DNA of 64,000 nucleotides from positions 64,001 through 128,000 of the forward strand of contig JAWBYA010000002.1 of the NCBI GenBank assembly GCA_038867615.1, in the 5' to 3' direction. The notes below the pieces were generated by a model. The model ran no database searches, was not told the origin of the DNA, and was given only the letters and a program-made list of their open reading frames with translations. The number at the start of each line of letters is the position of its first letter. Within the stretch, counting starts at the first letter, position 1. Shown piece after piece: positions 41,032-50,034 of the stretch. A program made the position numbers and the translations under genes. The stretch comes from Sulfolobales archaeon. Lineage in GTDB: Archaea; Thermoproteota; Thermoprotei_A; Sulfolobales; AG1.

Positions 41032-42030
41032 CTATAGCTTATTCACGGCTGTAAAAGGAGACCCCTGATCCGTGGAAATATAACCCCTAGCCATCCCCTT
41101 AGTATTGAATGCCATATATAGATCCGAGTTCTTAGTAAGCACTATAACCCCCGCATGTGCATAGCCCTTAAACCTCGGGAGATTCTCGAGCTCTTCGAAT
41201 GAGTATGCTATTGCTGACGAGACCGACCCCATGAACCTGGATACCAGGGCTATAGATCTGCAGAGTGATAGCGTCATTATAGCCTCCCCTACCCCTGTTG
41301 CCGAGCATGCTATCTCCCGGTCAGCGTAGAAGCCTGCCCCAGGGATGGGCGTATCACCAACTCTGCCAGGGAGTTTTAGCCAGATCCCCCCGGTGCTTGT
41401 TGCTGCAGCAAGTCCGCCCTCACTGTCTATCGCAACTGCCCCAACAGTCCCATGGATCCCTGTCTCCAATATTCTCTTCACAACCTCTCTATTCGCCCTA
41501 ACATATGGGGGTATACCTTCACCGTCGATCCTAGAGATCAGATCCCTATACCTCCTAACCTGCTCCTCCCCAGGTTTGAAAACCTCTAACCCTAGACCCA
41601 GTACTTTAGCGAAGGTTTCAGCACCATCGCAACATAGGATCACGTGTGAAGTTCTCTCCATCACAGCCCTAGCAAGCCTAACAGGATTCTTAACCCTCAC
41701 AGCAGCTACAGCGCCGGAAAACATTGTAGGACCATACATCACACCAGCATCTAGCTCCCCATATCCAGCTGAGTTGAGAACACTACCGGAACCGGCATTG
41801 AAAACCCCCGAGTCTTCAAGTACCGAGACAGCCTCAGTAACGGCATCAATAGCGGAGCCTCCGCTCACTAATATACCAAACCCAGCCTCCAATGCTTCTC
41901 TTAACCCTTTGCTAACCCTTTTCTCACCCTCACTATCAAGATTCCACTCGCCAGCCCCACCATGCACAGCTATGCCTGGCTTTCGGAGCACGAACCTCTC
42001 GATATACATAGTAATCACCATATATAACAA
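41032..42030 (-). CDS. Isoaspartyl peptidase / plant-type L-asparaginase (Ntn hydrolase)
   Basis: VHGGAG, FNAG.GS, GTVGAVA (nucleophile Thr), TSTGG, GRVGD.P, SATG.GE; true start probably 42009. Confidence 0.93.
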   Translation of the reverse strand: MLYMVITMYIERFVLRKPGIAVHGGAGEWNLDSEGEKRVSKGLREALEAGFGILVSGGSAIDAVTEAVSVLEDSGVFNAGSGSVLNSAGYGELDAGVMYGPTMFSGAVAAVRVKNPVRLARAVMERTSHVILCCDGAETFAKVLGLGLEVFKPGEEQVRRYRDLISRIDGEGIPPYVRANREVVKRILETGIHGTVGAVAIDSEGGLAAATSTGGIWLKLPGRVGDTPIPGAGFYADREIACSATGVGEAIMTLSLCRSIALVSRFMGSVSSAIAYSFEELENLPRFKGYAHAGVIVLTKNSDLYMAFNTKGMARGYISTDQGSPFTAVNKL

Positions 42031-42165
42031 AAAGCAGAGCTTAAAAACAAGATTAGGGCAGCAACAGTCTGTGCAGAAAGGTGCCGATAGGGCTGAGAGA
42101 TCTGTGATAATAAATGCTTAAAAGACAAAACCATTACTATAATAATTATGGAGGGCAGGGCCTCT

Positions 42166-42228
42166 ATGGCTAAGAAGAAAGAGAAGAAGGAAGAAAAGAA
42201 GGAGGAGAAGAAAGAGCAGAAGAAATAA
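42166..42228 (+). CDS. Putative 20-aa Lys/Glu-rich micropeptide MAKKKEKKEEKKEEKKEQKK
   Basis: TTAAAA at 42118, GGAGGG at 42150, ATG 42166 (alternative 42148), TAA 42228, T-rich terminator about 42267-42275. Confidence 0.6.
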   Translation: MAKKKEKKEEKKEEKKEQKK

Positions 42229-42372
42229 GAAATAATAATTAAGATAAGCCCAACACACCTCCCAACTTCTTTTTTCAACCAAGCTTCACTAGATATGGAA
42301 CCATGTTGAAAGCGATGTTGGTTTTAAGTTTTTAGGGTTGCAGCACTATATAGATAGGACTCGTTTAAATCC

Positions 42373-43755
42373 ATGAAGGGTCCCGTCTTGCAGATAGATC
42401 CTAGGGTGAGGCTCGTAACAATATCCCTACTTACATCCCTAGCTATGCTAGGTATAAGGTTTACAGCCTACCTATACAGCGGTAGCCTAGCCATACTGGC
42501 TGACAGTGTGCATAGCTTGAGCGATATAGTAGGAGGGATAATAGCTCTGGTAGCAATAAAGGTTGCTATTAAGGAGCCTGACCCTGAGCATCCATATGGG
42601 CATGGTAAAGCTGAGAGCCTCGGATCCCTCGGTGTCTCTCTAGCTCTTGTCGCGTTACTTCTATATGTTGCCTACGAGGCTGTACTTAGGATTACTGGAG
42701 CCTATGAACCCTATGTAGAGTTCACACCGCTCATACCTTTCCTGCTTCTGATCACAATCTTGATCGATTACTGGAGATCGAGAGCCCTCAGCAAGGGAGC
42801 ATTGAAATACGGATCACTACTATTAGCCTCAGACGCGCTCCATTATAGCAGTGACCTCTATGCAACATCATCTGTGCTTATCATGAGCATCCTTGGTATG
42901 GTGGCTGGCGAAAAGATACCAATACTCATAATGGACTCTATACTAGGCATAGCTATAGCTGCTTACTTTGCTGTAGCAGCGATCAGACTCGCAAAGATCT
43001 CTATAGACGAGCTGATGGATAGAGCGCCTACTGAGGCTATTGAGATGTTTAGAAAAGCATGCAGAGAACTAGACCTAGGTGTAAAGAGCGTAAGAGCCAG
43101 GAGGGCTGGATCCAGGATATTTATAGATGCTGTGGTCGAGATCTCTGGCAACATGGATCTCGTAGAGGCCCATAAGATCATAGATACCCTAGAGGAGAGG
43201 ATAAAAAGCTCGACGATCAGGAACGTGGATCTAGTGATCCACATGGAACCCAGAGGGGGTTCTGCGCTAAGCGAGATAGCATCGAAAAGCAGCGAAATAG
43301 CAGCAAGGGTAACAGGGGTTCTAGGTGTTCACGATGTAGAGGTTTTCAAAGACGAGAAGGGCTATCACGTGAGAATGCACATAGAGGTAAGCCCTACAAT
43401 GAGTCTCAGCGAGGCTTCAAAAATAGCATCTGAGGTTGAGAGAAGGATTAAGAACCTGGTAGAGGGTGTTGAAAGCGTGCTTGTCCATATAGAGCCTAAG
43501 AGAGGATATGCTGAGGATCTATATAGGATCGTCACCAAAGCTATACAGAGAGACAGCTCAATAAAGGATCTCGCAGGGATCAAGAGTGTAAAGGCTATTT
43601 ACCTTGGTAAGAAGCTGGTGATAGATGTAATATGTGTATTACCAGGAAATATGGATGTGAATAAAGCACACGATATCGTGTCCAGGATAGAAGCACTACT
43701 AAGAGAAGAGGTTGGTGAAAAAGCATCAATAACAATCAAATACCACTCAGAATAA
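42373..43755 (+). CDS. Cation diffusion facilitator with three tandem C-terminal domains
   Basis: SLAILADSVHSLSD, HPYGHGKAE, DALHYSSD; repeated IHMEP / VHIEP / IKYH domain ends. Confidence 0.92.
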   Translation: MKGPVLQIDPRVRLVTISLLTSLAMLGIRFTAYLYSGSLAILADSVHSLSDIVGGIIALVAIKVAIKEPDPEHPYGHGKAESLGSLGVSLALVALLLYVAYEAVLRITGAYEPYVEFTPLIPFLLLITILIDYWRSRALSKGALKYGSLLLASDALHYSSDLYATSSVLIMSILGMVAGEKIPILIMDSILGIAIAAYFAVAAIRLAKISIDELMDRAPTEAIEMFRKACRELDLGVKSVRARRAGSRIFIDAVVEISGNMDLVEAHKIIDTLEERIKSSTIRNVDLVIHMEPRGGSALSEIASKSSEIAARVTGVLGVHDVEVFKDEKGYHVRMHIEVSPTMSLSEASKIASEVERRIKNLVEGVESVLVHIEPKRGYAEDLYRIVTKAIQRDSSIKDLAGIKSVKAIYLGKKLVIDVICVLPGNMDVNKAHDIVSRIEALLREEVGEKASITIKYHSE

Positions 43756-43931
43756 CCAAACCAATAACCATTCCCAGGCGTTAGTAAAACGCTCCAGCAC
43801 CTAATCTATACAATGATAAAACATAGTTTGCCAAGGATCATAAATCCCTAGGAATTACTGGAGAAGAAACGCCCCAAAGGTATAGACCCGGATCTGGCGG
43901 GGTACCCGAATATGTATATCTTAAACCAATA

Positions 43932-44366
43932 TTGGTGGGAAGAATATTGCCGTGCCCCTTCTACAGAGGCGGCGCCTGCCACTCGCCAAAACTCGAGGAG
44001 CCGGACGATAGTGTCGTAGCAGCATCTAGGTGTAGAGGCCCGCCAGAGACTTACATGGGGTGCTCTTTATATGTGAATACAGATCTCGGAATAAATAAAC
44101 CACCTGAGAATAACAATAATAGTGGAAAAGGAGGCGTGAGGGTTATTACGAAGAACTCTATCGCCTCCAAGATCTATTCACCAATACACCTACTAAAAGA
44201 ACCTCTAAGCTCTGAATGCCCAGGCTATAGAATAGAGAACGCAGGGACAGGGTATGTAGCTTTCTGCAACGTGCTGAGAAGAGCCCTCACCAAGTACGAG
44301 GCAAAGCTATGCTCTCTACACTGGAAAGAATGCCCATACATCCTTGCTAGACCTCAGAGCGCGTGA
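43932..44366 (+). CDS. Cys-rich hypothetical protein with two metal-binding modules
   Basis: CPFY...C.SP...C...C and CPGY...C...C...CPY. Confidence 0.65.
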   Translation: MVGRILPCPFYRGGACHSPKLEEPDDSVVAASRCRGPPETYMGCSLYVNTDLGINKPPENNNNSGKGGVRVITKNSIASKIYSPIHLLKEPLSSECPGYRIENAGTGYVAFCNVLRRALTKYEAKLCSLHWKECPYILARPQSA

Positions 44367-44860
44367 TAACGCATATCTAAATATCCTAACCGGCTTTCCA
44401 ACTAGGCCTTTATATTTTATGATTCACAAGCCTAAATACTGGGATATTATCTATGCAAAGTATTCCTACACACCACTTACCGATACATGTGAGGAAGACC
44501 TATGCTTTGACAGTTTTTTACTGTGAATCGAACTTAATAATGACCCCAGAAGGCATGGAGCATGCTCTTCTCACCGTCAAGGCCTATCTTAAATAAAGCC
44601 TCATTACATCGAGCCCCAAACCCCTCTACAACGCACAGGGATCCACCATACCTATAACTAGATGAAAGGTTCCCGACATAGATGAGGCAATAAGCATTAA
44701 AGAGCATCCGGGGGAGATACGAGATACGGATTCCATTATGGTTGTATTTTGACGCGAAGCAGTTGGCTACAGCTTGTGTTAAACATCATGTTAAGGATTC
44801 CTAGTAATGCTTTTTTTAAAACAGAATAGCACTCTCTATCTCTTCATAAGGCCTGGGAAT

Positions 44861-45691
44861 CTATCTGCATTCTTCTCTAAGAACTATCATGGATACCCAT
44901 GTTCTGTTTGATAGTTGCTTTGATCGGAAAAGGTTTTGATCAATGCATTGTTCGGTATTGAGGAGTTTGTAGTAGAGTGGAGTGGGATCACGGCTATTTA
45001 TGAGGATCAGTTTATATATATTTCTATTCTTGATCTCACGGATCTTCTTCTTTATCTGCGCACGTTTCTCATAGGGCTTTAAGCCGGTAATATTCATAGC
45101 CGTTGCACCGCTCTTCATAAGAGCGCTTGAGAGCCTCTTCTCCATATCGTCAACCAAGCCAAGCATCCTCTCGTAAAACCCTTCTCCTAGATTCGTTTCG
45201 ATCCCTCTGAAAACCTGAGAGATCGTCTGTTCACCAATCCCTGTCTTTACCAATATATCCAGCATCTTGGGTAATATTACTCTCTCCTCATGCTCTATAA
45301 GATCCTCAACAGCTTCGTGGTATATAGCTGCTCCTGAAGCTAGAGCTTCTCCACTGCCTCCTAAGACATAAGCATCGATGAAATCCTTAAAGCTATCCTC
45401 AGCGATCAAATGAAGATCTTCTAGATCTCTGATCAACCAGTGCTTTGGACCACCCAACAGCCCAGCTAGTATAGCTAGAACTTCCTCCTTCCTACCATGA
45501 TACAGAGCATACATACCCTTAAATTCTATATATATGGGTAGCACCTGCTCAAAAGGCTCTTTCTCATTCAGCATGTACGACGATACTGCGGAGAGTAGCA
45601 ATGCATTTGAAGCCCTCCTGAGAATCCTGTGCTCATCGATAAGCCTATCCAGCCACCTAGAATCCCCTCTCCACGGATTTTTTGACTCTAT
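44861..45691 (-). CDS. Hemerythrin/HHE-domain protein (frame open to 45694; start uncertain)
   Basis: LIDEHRIL (upstream of the annotated TTG), YHGRKEE, EDLH, IEHEERVILP. Confidence 0.7.
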   Translation of the reverse strand: MESKNPWRGDSRWLDRLIDEHRILRRASNALLLSAVSSYMLNEKEPFEQVLPIYIEFKGMYALYHGRKEEVLAILAGLLGGPKHWLIRDLEDLHLIAEDSFKDFIDAYVLGGSGEALASGAAIYHEAVEDLIEHEERVILPKMLDILVKTGIGEQTISQVFRGIETNLGEGFYERMLGLVDDMEKRLSSALMKSGATAMNITGLKPYEKRAQIKKKIREIKNRNIYKLILINSRDPTPLYYKLLNTEQCIDQNLFRSKQLSNRTWVSMIVLREECR

Positions 45692-45920
45692 ATTTCATCA
45701 CCCCACATGTGGGGTATAGGATCAAAAAGCACATGGAACATAAAAACCCAACCCCATATATAGTATGATCCGAGGTATATATATAAAATATATATTGTTT
45801 ACATATGTATACACGAGCCCGTGTGCCTACATGTTAGAAAAGCGAATAACAACACTCCCAATGGATAGATGCTAGCAGTTATGAAGTTCGAAAATTTGAA
45901 CTCTAGGACTGGTTAAAAAA

Positions 45921-46661
45921 TTAGCGTTTGATCAGTTTCTTCTTAAAGATCTCTGTCTTAAGGATCTGGATTGCGAAAGCAGGGTCAACGCCTTTTGGAC
46001 ATACACGGCTGCACGATCCTGCGAACTCGCAGGACCAGACACCATCGAAGCTATCTACCAGCTCTAATCTTGAGACACCGCCTTGATCCCTTGAGTCTGC
46101 GTACCATCTATAAGCCTGTGCGAGAGCCTGTGGTCCTAGGAACCCTGGTTTCTCTGCAACTACGGGGCATGCTGCTACACATAGTCCGCATTTTATGCAG
46201 TATGCGAACGGCAGGAAGTTTTCAAGCTGTTCTGGTGTCTGTCTATACTCTTCTGCTGCTCTGAACTGCTCTTCCTCGTCTTTTCTTATTAGATAGGGTT
46301 TCACGGATCTGTGTTTCTTGAAGAAGTCGCCCGCGTCTATTACAAGATCTCTTACGATCTTTAAGTTATACATTGGTTCGACGTATATCTTATCAACACC
46401 CAGCCCCACTATGTTTGTCTCGCACGCCAGTCTTGGAACACCGTTTATAATCATTCCACAGGATCCGCAGATACCCATTCTGCAGCTATACCTAACGGCA
46501 AGCGTTGGATCCTGTTTCTCGATTATTGAGAGGAGCGCATCGAGTACCGTGGAGTATCTGCTAACCTTAACATTATACTCGCTATCGTAGAAGCCCTTAC
46601 CGGGATCGTATCTCTTAACCTTTATTATAACGCTTTTATACCCCTTACCTTTTTCCGCCAT
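45921..46661 (-). CDS. sdhB: Succinate dehydrogenase/fumarate reductase Fe-S subunit
   Basis: SCRMGICGSC..C, CIKCGLCVAACP, CEFAGSCSRVCP (3Fe-4S type); start set at ATG 46661. Confidence 0.95.
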   Translation of the reverse strand: MAEKGKGYKSVIIKVKRYDPGKGFYDSEYNVKVSRYSTVLDALLSIIEKQDPTLAVRYSCRMGICGSCGMIINGVPRLACETNIVGLGVDKIYVEPMYNLKIVRDLVIDAGDFFKKHRSVKPYLIRKDEEEQFRAAEEYRQTPEQLENFLPFAYCIKCGLCVAACPVVAEKPGFLGPQALAQAYRWYADSRDQGGVSRLELVDSFDGVWSCEFAGSCSRVCPKGVDPAFAIQILKTEIFKKKLIKR

Positions 46662-46857
46662 GACCTCCACCCCCAACTACGTGTAACAATCCCACTACTC
46701 CGAAGAGGATTGATGCTATGAGGAGAAGGGCTGGAAGGGCTACCTCTACCAAGGGCTGGCCCTTTAGAAACGATGATACCATTACTAACCAGACCAGGAT
46801 CATAGAGCCAAAGTAGCCTAGATAGTGGAGAAGCATAACCCCACTAGCCCTAGCCAT
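46645..46857 (-). CDS. Small 2-TM membrane protein, putative Sdh/Frd anchor
   Basis: 70 aa, two hydrophobic helices with His near each end; overlaps both neighbours. Confidence 0.65.
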   Translation of the reverse strand: MARASGVMLLHYLGYFGSMILVWLVMVSSFLKGQPLVEVALPALLLIASILFGVVGLLHVVGGGGHGGKR

Positions 46858-47251
46858 ACAACCACCCCAGGATAAAGACTATGGGGGCGATGATCCACAA
46901 TATGATCGCTGCGTAGAGAGCCACCGATGCCAGTCTAGCCCTCGAGCCGTAACGCTGCAAAAGCCTCTTCCTAACATTCTCTGCTATATGGCTCATAAAG
47001 GTCCCCCTACTATATATCATGAGAAACCCCTTCGTGAGCTCATAAAAAGAGGGGGTTAAGAGGAACCAGTATATGATTGTAGACACCCTGAATGCCATAG
47101 AGGTAAGTGGTGAGGGGCTTGCTAGATAGGCTAATATGGCTAGAGCCTCTATTATTGAGAACAGAACGGCTGCTTTGTAAAAGAGCGTGTGCACCCATCC
47201 CTCGAGATCGTATTCCCTCAGTCTCTGCCTATTCACAGCCACACGGATCAC
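46850..47251 (-). CDS. 3-TM membrane protein, putative Sdh/Frd anchor
   Basis: 133 aa, three hydrophobic segments, directly after sdhA stop. Confidence 0.7.
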   Translation of the reverse strand: MIRVAVNRQRLREYDLEGWVHTLFYKAAVLFSIIEALAILAYLASPSPLTSMAFRVSTIIYWFLLTPSFYELTKGFLMIYSRGTFMSHIAENVRKRLLQRYGSRARLASVALYAAIILWIIAPIVFILGWLYG

Positions 47252-47252
47252 C

Positions 47253-49013
47253 TCAGTACTTTCTCTCCTCAGGCGCCCATCTAGTTATCCTCACTGGTAT
47301 GTAGCTTATGCTCGGAGGCTCTCCCCTTCTGAAATAGACCAGGGTATGCTTGAGCCAGTTGGCATCATCCCTCTTGGGATAGTCGAGCCTGTAGTGGGCA
47401 CCCCTAGATTCTGTCCTGTTGAGAGCCCCCACCACTATGATCTCCGCTATATCTAGCATGAAGCTAAGCTCTATGAAATCCCTGAGGTTATTGTTATAAA
47501 TCCTCGTCCTATTCTCAACCCTAGCTCTCGAGAACCTCTCCTTAAGCCTCTTAATCGTGCTCCACGCCTCCTCAAGACTTCTCTGGTCTCTGAATACACC
47601 TACCTTCTTATCCATTGTCGTCTGGAGCTCCTCTCTGATATCATATGGGTTCTCTGCAGCGCTCTCAACATGTAGAAGCTTATCGAAAACCCTCGACTCC
47701 TCCCTCTTTATAGCCTCATCAAGCGTTGAGCTCACCTGGAGCACTGTATCGGGGGTCTTCATGGCATACTGTGCAGCAGCTTCACCCGTAAGCCTGCCCC
47801 ATACAACGGTCTCTCCTAGGGAGTTGCTTCCAAGCCTGTTGGCCCCATGTAGGCTGACACATGCAGCCTCTCCAGCAGCCCATAGGTTCGGGATCCTTGT
47901 GCTCTCATCAAGCATAACCTGCCCATAGGTGTCTGTATGCACACCCCCCATAGTATAGTGGGTAGTCGGTCTAACAGGGATAGGCTCGCTCACGGGGTCA
48001 ACGCCTATTAGTTTCTTTGAGAGCTCCCTTATCATTGGCAGCCTCTCGTTTATCTTCTCCTCACCCAGGTGTCTTAGATCTAGGAGCACATGCTCCAGCC
48101 CCGACTCCTCCTGAACAAAGCCTCTCCCCTCCTTGATCTCGGTCATTATAGCCCTGGATATTATATCTCTTGGAGCGAGCTCCATCCTCTGGGGAGCATA
48201 TCTCTTGAGGAACCTCTCCCCCTCTTTATTAATTAGATACCCACCCTCACCCCTAGCAGCCTCGGTTATGAGCACACCGCTTGGAACCATACCCGTGGGG
48301 TGGAATTGAACGAACTCCATATCTTTAATCGGTATCCCAGCCCTGTAGGCCATGGCTACACCATCACCAGTGCTTGAATTGGCTACAGTGACGAAAGAAT
48401 ATACCCTCCCAGCACCACCAGTAGCTATTATTCCTGCCTTCCCAAGGAACACTCTAAACTCGCCAGTAGCCATATCAATCGCTGCCACACCTCTAAAGAC
48501 GCCGTTCTCCATGAGTATCGATGTGGCCATGTTTTCGTGATAAATATCAACGTTATTAAACCTCAACAGGTTATCATAGAGAGTGCTCATCATGAAGAAG
48601 CCCGTCTTATCGGCGGCAAAGACAGCCCTCGGAACGCTCATTCCACCGAAGGGCCTCTGAGCTATCCTCCCGTCTGGGCGTCTGCTCCAAGGGGTTCCTA
48701 GATGGTCGAAGAACCTTATCTCTTCAGGGACTAGCTTGACCAGGAGCTCTACAGCATCCTGGTCGGCTAGAAAGTCGCTTCCCTTTACAGTATCGTAAGC
48801 GTGTAGATCTATGCTGTCATTCATCTCCTTGGGGTATAGGACAGCGCTTATACCTCCCTCGGCGCTTACAGAGTGACTCCTCATAGCGTGAAGCTTAGAC
48901 ACCACAGCAATCCTAAGCCTATCCTTAGAGGTGAGGGCTGCCTGGAAAGCTGCTCTGAGCCCGGCCAACCCTGACCCGAGGACCACGATGTCGTACTTCA
49001 GGATCTCAACCAT
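47253..49013 (-). CDS. sdhA: Succinate dehydrogenase/fumarate reductase flavoprotein
   Basis: GSGLAG, RSHSVSAEGG (FAD-His), QFHPT, TEAARGEGG, ELAPRD, HYTMGG, HGANRLGSNSL, ESRGAHYR. Confidence 0.97.
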   Translation of the reverse strand: MVEILKYDIVVLGSGLAGLRAAFQAALTSKDRLRIAVVSKLHAMRSHSVSAEGGISAVLYPKEMNDSIDLHAYDTVKGSDFLADQDAVELLVKLVPEEIRFFDHLGTPWSRRPDGRIAQRPFGGMSVPRAVFAADKTGFFMMSTLYDNLLRFNNVDIYHENMATSILMENGVFRGVAAIDMATGEFRVFLGKAGIIATGGAGRVYSFVTVANSSTGDGVAMAYRAGIPIKDMEFVQFHPTGMVPSGVLITEAARGEGGYLINKEGERFLKRYAPQRMELAPRDIISRAIMTEIKEGRGFVQEESGLEHVLLDLRHLGEEKINERLPMIRELSKKLIGVDPVSEPIPVRPTTHYTMGGVHTDTYGQVMLDESTRIPNLWAAGEAACVSLHGANRLGSNSLGETVVWGRLTGEAAAQYAMKTPDTVLQVSSTLDEAIKREESRVFDKLLHVESAAENPYDIREELQTTMDKKVGVFRDQRSLEEAWSTIKRLKERFSRARVENRTRIYNNNLRDFIELSFMLDIAEIIVVGALNRTESRGAHYRLDYPKRDDANWLKHTLVYFRRGEPPSISYIPVRITRWAPEERKY

Positions 49014-49164
49014 ATAAGCACCAAATATAATTCAGTAACCCAGAATATATTTTCAGAGATGGGAGATATTGGATTAAACTTCACAAACATGGTATATATG
49101 ATAAATATTATTGTGCCTAAGATTAATAACATATCAAGGATCTATGGGTTGTTGTGTAAACAGG

Positions 49165-49623
49165 CTATATGTCTAGCACTATAGAGACCCTCCAGAGATC
49201 TCCGACCCTCTCTATAGCCATTTGCGAGTATGTTACGGCTTTCACAACTATTCCGGGAGCGTGTTTCCTGGGATCGTATCTCTCGCCAGCAGCAAAACCC
49301 TTCAATATATAGCTCTGCTCTCCCCCCTCCTCAACCCTATATATGCCTTTTACAATGAATCTGGAGAAGACAAGCCCGCGAGTATCGTGGAGTATTATGA
49401 GATCCTCTAGCCATCTGTATAGGAGGTTCTCAAGATCTATGCCTCTGCATGTGAGCTCAACACCAATTATAGGCGATACCCTCGATAGATCTGGCGATAT
49501 ATATCTAAACATCCCCAACGCAGCATATTCGAAGAGCTTCTCAAGAGACTGGGATTCCACTATATACATCACATCCGCTGTATGCTCAACCTCAACTATC
49601 CTACCCATAGTGTCGGTATCCAT
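49165..49623 (-). CDS. Archease
   Basis: EHTAD, LL..WL..LI, GE.YD...H....VKAVTY, VLDI C-terminus; start set at ATG 49623. Confidence 0.93.
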   Translation of the reverse strand: MDTDTMGRIVEVEHTADVMYIVESQSLEKLFEYAALGMFRYISPDLSRVSPIIGVELTCRGIDLENLLYRWLEDLIILHDTRGLVFSRFIVKGIYRVEEGGEQSYILKGFAAGERYDPRKHAPGIVVKAVTYSQMAIERVGDLWRVSIVLDI

Positions 49624-49742
49624 AACCAACCCGCCACTATATAGACATGCCGACAAAATAAACCTCTAGGAATATCCCATAAATACTGAAGCTACTTATA
49701 TCCTGTTGCTGATAAAACAATCCGAAAGACAAGAGCGAAGGC

Positions 49743-50030
49743 TTATTTACTTCCACGCGACATCCTAACCAGAATAGATCTACCGGCCTCTACGAGGCCT
49801 GGTATATCTACACCTGTAGGGCATGGGGGTACGCAGGCATAGCATAAGAGGCATGTGTATAGATACTCAGCGGTTTTTTTAGAATATATGCCGTTGAGGA
49901 GAAGCCCCACTACCCTGACACGACCCCTAGGTCCATAGCCCCTCTCACCCGTCTCTCCAAGAGTTGGGCATGATGATTCACAGAACCCGCAGAAGACGCA
50001 TTTCCTAAACTCCTGCAAAGCCTTATCCAA
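49743..50030 (-). CDS. Small 2x[4Fe-4S] protein (GlcF N-terminal domain only)
   Basis: CVFCGFCESSCPT, GPRGR, CLLCYACVPPCPTGV. Confidence 0.85.
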   Translation of the reverse strand: MDKALQEFRKCVFCGFCESSCPTLGETGERGYGPRGRVRVVGLLLNGIYSKKTAEYLYTCLLCYACVPPCPTGVDIPGLVEAGRSILVRMSRGSK

Positions 50031-50034
50031 CGAG

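Noticed and set aside
41345-42121. 258-aa plus-strand ORF
   Set aside because: Antisense shadow of the asparaginase gene; no motifs. The same applies to the many other short antisense ORFs in the track (e.g. 54884-55435, 28526-29044, 50708-51211).
42015-42278. 87-aa Phe/Ser-rich minus-strand ORF
   Set aside because: Reverse complement of the Lys/Glu micropeptide; expression signals favour the plus strand
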